Shown: in pieces, positions 8,400-13,760 of the stretch
Layout: each line of letters starts with the position of its first letter
Numbering within the stretch: the first letter of the stretch is position 1
NCBI GenBank assembly: GCA_036504035.1
Contig: DASXVV010000013.1
Location: 13,302-77,301 of the forward strand
Source of the DNA: Candidatus Deferrimicrobiaceae bacterium
GTDB lineage: Bacteria > Desulfobacterota > Deferrimicrobia > Deferrimicrobiales > Deferrimicrobiaceae
Direction: 5' to 3'
Length of the DNA: 64,000 nucleotides
The notes under the pieces: model-generated
Seen by the model: only the letters and a program-made list of their open reading frames with translations
Told to the model about the DNA's origin: nothing
The model's database searches: none
Made by a program: the position numbers and the translations under genes

Positions 8400-9068
8400 A
8401 TGATCGAAATATTCAGAGCGGGCGGATTTGTCATGTACCCGATGGTGCTGCTGTCGATTCTCACTGTAGCCATCGGGATCGAACGCGTTATCTACCTTCG
8501 CAGGGCGCGCATGGACGCAGATTCGTTCATGGGGGTGATCAACGGGTTCCTGGAGCGCAATTCGCTCGACGAAGCCAACAAGCATTGCGAGTCGACTTCG
8601 GGGCCAGTAGCCACGATCATCAAGGCGGGACTCAAGAACCAGCGTCGGGGGCGCGCCGAGGTCATCCGGTCGATCGAGGACGCGGGCGCACTGGAAGTCG
8701 CCCAACTCGAAAAGGGCATCCTGATCCTCCAGACCATCTCGAAGATCGCCCCGCTGATCGGCCTGTTCGGCACGGTCACCGGCATGATCGCCTCCTTCCG
8801 GGCGATCGGGGCCACCGCCGGCGGCGGGAATCCCGCCAGCGTCGCGACCGGCATCTCCGAAGCGTTGATCGCCACCGCTTCAGGCCTCGTCGTCGCCATC
8901 CCGGCCTACTTCCTGTCGTTCTATTTCCTCGACCGGGTCAACAGGTTCATGCTCGACATGCAGAAGAGCTCCATCCGCTTCCTGGATGCATTGGGCGACC
9001 TCGAGGAAAACGTCGCGGAGCGCTCGCAGCGCTTCGATACGATCGGGGGGGACTACCTTGAAGTTTAA
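8400..9068 (+). CDS. exbB: MotA/TolQ/ExbB-family proton channel
   Basis: 222 aa, three TM segments, conserved IAPLIGLFGTVTGMI and ALIATASGLVVAIPA helices. GGAGG RBS upstream. Confidence 0.9.
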   Translation: MIEIFRAGGFVMYPMVLLSILTVAIGIERVIYLRRARMDADSFMGVINGFLERNSLDEANKHCESTSGPVATIIKAGLKNQRRGRAEVIRSIEDAGALEVAQLEKGILILQTISKIAPLIGLFGTVTGMIASFRAIGATAGGGNPASVATGISEALIATASGLVVAIPAYFLSFYFLDRVNRFMLDMQKSSIRFLDALGDLEENVAERSQRFDTIGGDYLEV

Positions 9069-9471
9069 GAGGACGGTGCCCAACGACGACGAAGGGATCC
9101 CGATCGTCAACCTGGTCGACGTCCTGTTCCTCCTGATCGTCTTCTTCATGGTGTCCACCGTCCTGAGCTACGACAAGGGGATGGGCGTGAAGCTGCCCGA
9201 GACCGCCGCCGGCGCCGGGCGAATCTCGAACAAGGGGGTTAGCGTGCTTATCGACCGCGATGGGCGCGTCTTCGTCGATGGCGCCAAGGTGACGATCGAT
9301 CAGGTAGGCGCCAAGGTCAAGGAGCGCCAGAAGATCGGGGGGACGAACGTGATCCTCAAGTCCGATCGCGACACCCGCTACCAGTCGATTGCGTCGGTGA
9401 TGGATCGACTCCTCGAAGTCGGTATCAGCGACCTTTCCCTTCCCGTGATCGAGAAGGGGGGAGGTCAGTAA
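9058..9471 (+). CDS. exbD: ExbD/TolR-family protein
   Basis: TTG 9058 overlaps the exbB stop. Single TM IVNLVDVLFLLIVFFMV carries the conserved Asp, followed by a periplasmic domain. The 8986 track start lies inside exbB. Confidence 0.88.
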   Translation: MKFKRTVPNDDEGIPIVNLVDVLFLLIVFFMVSTVLSYDKGMGVKLPETAAGAGRISNKGVSVLIDRDGRVFVDGAKVTIDQVGAKVKERQKIGGTNVILKSDRDTRYQSIASVMDRLLEVGISDLSLPVIEKGGGQ

Positions 9472-9475
9472 TATT

Positions 9476-10423
9476 TTGCCTGGCCGTCGGTTGCGCTCCA
9501 TCCTGGAACCCGTCTTGTACGTCGGGATTGCAGCGCTGCTCCATTCAGCGCTGTTCCTGATCCCGGGCGTGGCGCCCGCCAAGAAAGAGGCAGTGACGAC
9601 GCAGCGGGGAGTGCGCGTGCGCGCTTTCGTCGAGAGGCCTGTGCTTCCTCCGCCTCCCGCCGTCGTTCCGGCGTCGGCGTCGGTTCCAGCCAGGTTTGCG
9701 CCGCCACCCATCGCCACGGCAAACCTGCCTTATTCCATTCCCGGGGCCTCTAAGGCGGGGGTCGTGAACCCCGCCGGCGGGGGAGGGAATCCCGGGGGAG
9801 GCGCCCCGGCGACCGGCGTCACGACTTCCGGACCCGGAGGGCCGGCCCCTGCACCGTCGGTCGCAAGGCCGGGCCCGTCGGAACCATCGAAATTCGCCAA
9901 TTTCCTGGCGGGTCTGCAATCCTCCGGGATTCGAGGCGCGGCCCGGGATGCAGCCGAAAAGAACCAGCGCGCCTACAAGGGGACCGGCAGCGGCACGGGA
10001 AACGAGGGCTGGGGCAGCGGATCAGGGGGGCGGGGCGGGGGGACCGGCGGCGGATCGGGGACGGGGTCGGGGACCGGGAGCGGAAGCGGGAGTGGGAGAG
10101 GCAGCGCCGGCTACATGGACCCTCGGGTCAAGATGGTCGTGACGAGCTACCCGTCGACAGACATCGAGCGGCACTACACCCAGGTTCCATACCCGAACCT
10201 CAAGATCAAGCAGAGCAAGTTTACGGCGGGATGGATGAACGTCTACTTGAAGCTGAGGACAAACTCCGAGGGGGCAATCGTATCGACCGAAGTCCTCAGG
10301 CCCGAAACAGAAGGTGTCCTGGAAAAGCAGTTCCTAGACCAGGTCAAGCGCGAAGTCTCCAAGTGGGACTTCGACCCGAAAGAGGCGGAAATCCACGTCG
10401 ACGTGAGGTTCTATGTTGAGTAG
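9476..10423 (+). CDS. TonB-like energy transducer (TolA-like alternative)
   Basis: 315 aa, TTG start. N-terminal TM, Pro-rich then Gly/Ser/Thr-rich linker. The C-terminal domain has the YP...G.V...KWDFDP pattern of TonB C-terminal domains. Confidence 0.75.
   Translation: MPGRRLRSILEPVLYVGIAALLHSALFLIPGVAPAKKEAVTTQRGVRVRAFVERPVLPPPPAVVPASASVPARFAPPPIATANLPYSIPGASKAGVVNPAGGGGNPGGGAPATGVTTSGPGGPAPAPSVARPGPSEPSKFANFLAGLQSSGIRGAARDAAEKNQRAYKGTGSGTGNEGWGSGSGGRGGGTGGGSGTGSGTGSGSGSGRGSAGYMDPRVKMVVTSYPSTDIERHYTQVPYPNLKIKQSKFTAGWMNVYLKLRTNSEGAIVSTEVLRPETEGVLEKQFLDQVKREVSKWDFDPKEAEIHVDVRFYVE
9980..10111 (+). repeat. Gly/Ser/Thr low-complexity tandem coding repeat in the TonB-like linker
   Basis: Translation GTGSGTGNEGWGSGSGGRGGGTGGGSGTGSGTGSGSGSGRGSAG. 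The nucleotides are reiterated GGN-AGC/ACC units. Confidence 0.85.
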
Positions 10424-11177
10424 GGGAATGGCTTTGGTGCCTATCCTGGCGTTGACGGCCTTGTTGTCTTCCGCCCATGCGGCAGACCAGGAAGGTTGCC
10501 TGTTCTGCCATCGGCTGGAACTTGCGCGCACAGGAGCGAGGGTTTCCGATCTTCGGGTCACCGAACCCCCCGGCAAGTTCCACGACGGGGTTTACTGCTC
10601 CGACTGCCACCCTGACGCGAAAATGGCCCCGCACACCGTCACGCCGGGCGCCGCCCGCTGCATCGACGAGTGTCATGCCAACGGCGCGGGGAACGTCCCT
10701 GAGAGCCACCGTCGTGCCGCATTCGGGGGAACGACCGAATCGCACAGGCACGCGGCGATGCCCTCGTCTCCGTGCCTGTTCTGTCACAGGGCAGATGACC
10801 CCCCTTCGGCCGCGTTTCCCGCCTCCGCCCGTTGCAAGGGGTGTCACGCGGGAGAAGCGCTGTCGGTTGCCGAAGGCGTTCACGGGGGCCTCGCGACCAA
10901 CCGCCCCGGCGGCGCCTGCCCCGCTTGCCACGTCCCGCATCCATCGGGGATGGCCGGCAGTCGCACGGACAATGTTGCGACCTGCCGGGGAGCCGGCTGC
11001 CATGAACAAGTGACCGATCGGATGAAGGCGCTGGGAGGCCACGGGAAGGGGGCGCCCGGCGAACGCCCGAAACGCATCGGGGCGCTCCTGTTGTTCTTGG
11101 TTGCCTGCCTGGCCGGCCTTATCCCCGGTCGATGGCTTTGCGGGAACGGGCCGCTGCCCGAGGGGGATGAACGATGA
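10413..11177 (+). CDS. Multiheme cytochrome c (5 CXXCH + CX3CH + CX4CH) with C-terminal TM anchor
   Basis: Signal peptide MLSRGMALVPILALTALLSSAHA. Motifs CLFCH, CSDCH, CIDECH, CLFCH, CKGCH, CPACH, CRGAGCH. C-terminal helix IGALLLFLVACLAGLI. The start overlaps the tonB-like stop. Confidence 0.88.
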   Translation: MLSRGMALVPILALTALLSSAHAADQEGCLFCHRLELARTGARVSDLRVTEPPGKFHDGVYCSDCHPDAKMAPHTVTPGAARCIDECHANGAGNVPESHRRAAFGGTTESHRHAAMPSSPCLFCHRADDPPSAAFPASARCKGCHAGEALSVAEGVHGGLATNRPGGACPACHVPHPSGMAGSRTDNVATCRGAGCHEQVTDRMKALGGHGKGAPGERPKRIGALLLFLVACLAGLIPGRWLCGNGPLPEGDER

Positions 11178-12100
11178 ACTGGATCAACCCGCCCCAAACC
11201 GTCAAAAGGTATTCGCTGCAGCAAATCCTTCAGCATGTCGCGGCGTTGCTGCTGGCGCTGCTCCTGATCCTTTCCGCACTGGCCCCGGGGTTCTGGCGCG
11301 GAATCCACGGTACCATCGGGCTGGCCTCGACCGTTTTGTTCCTCGCCCACCTCTTTTCGTTGCTCGTGATCGGAGTCCGCCACGACGTGGCGATCGACCA
11401 TATCGCCTTTCTTCCGACCGGGACGCGCGAGACTACACCCGAGGCAAGGGCCGCTGCGGGGAAATTCACGCTTCCCGAAAAGCAAGATTACTGCCTGATC
11501 CTGTGCTGGAGCTTCCTCGCCATCACGAGCGGGATTGTACTCCACTGGCCCGGGCGTTTCGGCGTCCCGGGGCCGACGGAATACGCGTGGCTCCGAATAA
11601 CCCACACAGCCATGGGAGCCGGCTGGGCTCTTCACATTATCGGATGCCATGTTCCATTCCGGTTCATCCACGCCCGGGCCGGATTCCGTTGGTCGATTTT
11701 CACGGGGAAAGTGCCGCTGGAATCGGCCGAATCCCGCGGAGGATGGGTCGCTTCTCTCGTGGAAACAGGGATTCTCGTCCCGGTCCCGACGGTGCAGCAT
11801 GGGGCGGCTGAACGCGAAACCGTCCAGGTCAGGGAAATGCTCGACGAAGGAAACCGTCGGACCCGGGAAGGGCGTTATGAGGAGGCGGCGTCCATCTTCG
11901 AGGAAGCCTTGCGCCTTTACCCGGAATATTCGCAGGCGCGTTTCAACCTCGCCGTGTCCCGGATCCGGCAGGGGCGACCGGACCTGGCTTCCGAACAGCT
12001 AAGGGTCTTTCTTGAATCCGACCCGTTCAACCCGATGGCCGGGAAGGCACGGGAACTCCTCGACGGCATCTCCAGGCCGGATGAAGGAGGCACGCCATGA
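11174..12100 (+). CDS. Four-TM b-type cytochrome (FdnI/HydC-like) fused to a C-terminal TPR domain
   Basis: 308 aa. His residues lie in TM1 (LQHVAA), TM2 (FLAHLF) and TM4 (ITHTAMGAGWALHIIGCH), as in diheme b subunits. The C-terminal EGRYEEAASIFEEALRLYPEYSQARFNLAV... is TPR-like. ATGA junctions on both sides. Confidence 0.7.
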   Translation: MNWINPPQTVKRYSLQQILQHVAALLLALLLILSALAPGFWRGIHGTIGLASTVLFLAHLFSLLVIGVRHDVAIDHIAFLPTGTRETTPEARAAAGKFTLPEKQDYCLILCWSFLAITSGIVLHWPGRFGVPGPTEYAWLRITHTAMGAGWALHIIGCHVPFRFIHARAGFRWSIFTGKVPLESAESRGGWVASLVETGILVPVPTVQHGAAERETVQVREMLDEGNRRTREGRYEEAASIFEEALRLYPEYSQARFNLAVSRIRQGRPDLASEQLRVFLESDPFNPMAGKARELLDGISRPDEGGTP

Positions 12101-12630
12101 GACAGGTGGCCGACCTTCTTGCGGTGATCCTCGCCGTCGCCATCTTCGTCCTGATAGCCCGGGGTGCCGTCCCGGGGATTTCCTCGGCCCCGCTCGTTCC
12201 TGCGACCGACGACGGCTCGTATTACCATCCCGGGAAAAACCGCCGCACCCTCACGGACCAGAAGGCCTGCATCGCCGAAGGCTGCCACGGCGATGCCCCC
12301 CACAAGCGGGATAAGGCGCTGGCCCCGTTCCGGAACCTCCACGCGAACTACGTCGCCTGCCCGGTCTGCCATGCTCCCGACGGTTCGACGCGGTTTACCG
12401 GCAGCCGGGACGGGAACGGACGCGTGCACCTGCGATACACGGGGAGCGTGCCTGCGACCGGTCCCAAGGGCCACCCGCCTCTCGGCAACCCGGGGGGGTG
12501 CAGGCGCTGCCACTCCGAGCCGGGGATGCGCTCCCTGAAGGAGCACGGTCTCTCCACGCTACCGCCCGGATATGCCGATCCGATCGCTTTGCGCATGCAC
12601 GAAGGAGGCGCCAGGCAGTGGAATCCTTGA
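12097..12630 (+). CDS. N-terminally anchored small cytochrome c (CX4CH + 2 CXXCH)
   Basis: 177 aa. TM ADLLAVILAVAIFVLIA. Motifs CIAEGCH, CPVCH, CRRCH. Confidence 0.8.
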   Translation: MRQVADLLAVILAVAIFVLIARGAVPGISSAPLVPATDDGSYYHPGKNRRTLTDQKACIAEGCHGDAPHKRDKALAPFRNLHANYVACPVCHAPDGSTRFTGSRDGNGRVHLRYTGSVPATGPKGHPPLGNPGGCRRCHSEPGMRSLKEHGLSTLPPGYADPIALRMHEGGARQWNP

Positions 12631-13520
12631 CGCTTCGCCGCATCGGCGCTGCGCTCATCGGCGGGCTATTGCTCCTAATCCATGTGGGGTCGGCTCCGGC
12701 CGCGGAGGCCATCCGGAAGCCGCACGCGCTGTCGCTGCGCAAAGCCGGTGGCAGGACGCTTTCCTTTCCATCAGACGTCGCGATCGATCGAAGGGGCGTC
12801 GTATTCCTTCTCGACAGCGGAAACCGGTCGATCGCGATCTACTCCCCCAAAGGCGAATTCATACGCGAGATTCAGGGGCGCGGGATCTGGAAAGACCCGT
12901 TGGGCGTAGGCGTCACTTCGGATGGCAACATCCTGATTGCCGACGGGGAAGGAGGCAGGGTGTTCGAGATCGACCTCGCCGGGCGTCTGAAAAAAGAGTA
13001 TGTCGCTGGGAAAGGCGCGCGCCTGACGGGCGTCTGCGCCTACGGCGATTCGATCTACGTCGTCGATAACCGGAATCACAGGATCGTCATGTTCAAGCGA
13101 AAAGGGGGCGGACAGGAAAGCTGGGGGAGGAAGGGGGATCACGCCGGGGAATTCGACACGCCTTTCCGGATTGCGGCCGATGCGAGCGGGCGCATCTTCG
13201 TGACCGATGTCATGAATGCCAGGATCCAGTGGTTCTCGGCCTTCGGGCAGTACCTCGGAACCCTGAAGCGATTCGGCGCCGGGGCAGGCAGGATCTTCCG
13301 GCCGACCGGGCTGGCAATCGATAATCGCGGCCGGATCTGGGTCGGGGACAGCTATACCGGTCTCGTACAAGCCTTCGACGAAAAAGGCAATTTCGCACAG
13401 GCAGTCTCTGCCGATTCCAGGCCATCGATCTTCGGAGACCCGTCCGGTCTTGCCGATGGGGCCGAAGGGATCTGGATCGCGGACCAGCGTGACGGCGTGC
13501 TCGCATTGTCCAGGCAATAA
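12618..13520 (+). CDS. Secreted NHL-repeat beta-propeller protein
   Basis: GTG 12618 lies 10 nt after GAAGGAGG. Signal peptide ...LLLLIHVGSAPAAEA. Six repeats of the P.G(V/I)A.D..G.I.V.D..N.RI type. Confidence 0.85.
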   Translation: MESLTLRRIGAALIGGLLLLIHVGSAPAAEAIRKPHALSLRKAGGRTLSFPSDVAIDRRGVVFLLDSGNRSIAIYSPKGEFIREIQGRGIWKDPLGVGVTSDGNILIADGEGGRVFEIDLAGRLKKEYVAGKGARLTGVCAYGDSIYVVDNRNHRIVMFKRKGGGQESWGRKGDHAGEFDTPFRIAADASGRIFVTDVMNARIQWFSAFGQYLGTLKRFGAGAGRIFRPTGLAIDNRGRIWVGDSYTGLVQAFDEKGNFAQAVSADSRPSIFGDPSGLADGAEGIWIADQRDGVLALSRQ

Positions 13521-13544
13521 TCACCCATGGAAGAAGAGGTGTCG

Positions 13545-13751
13545 ATGGAACCGAGAAAGTGGGAATACGGGCAGATCTTCGTCAAGCGGCCCGAGATCTT
13601 CGGCGGGCTTCCCAAGACGGGGCTTGAGATGGACAAGCTGAACCGGGCCGGTTCGGAGGGATGGGAGATGGTCGGAACGGTTCCCTTCACCCTCCCCACA
13701 GGCGAGGTCCGCGGGGCTTTCATCCTGTTTAAACGGGAAATCGCAGGGTAG
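13545..13751 (+). CDS. DUF4177-like small protein
   Basis: MEPRKWEYGQIFV...LNRAGSEGWEMVGTVP...AFILFKRE pattern. ATG 13545 has a better RBS than ATG 13527. Confidence 0.65.
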   Translation: MEPRKWEYGQIFVKRPEIFGGLPKTGLEMDKLNRAGSEGWEMVGTVPFTLPTGEVRGAFILFKREIAG

Positions 13752-13760
13752 CCGGACGCC

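Noticed and set aside
8400-13520. Reading exbB-exbD-tonB-like ... NHL propeller as the canonical Tol-Pal cluster
   Set aside because: There is no Pal/OmpA-like lipoprotein and no TolB N-terminal domain. The propeller is NHL type and only about 300 aa, and three cytochrome genes interrupt the order. The YbgC-like thioesterase is 40 kb away. I kept this only as an alternative hypothesis in the findings.
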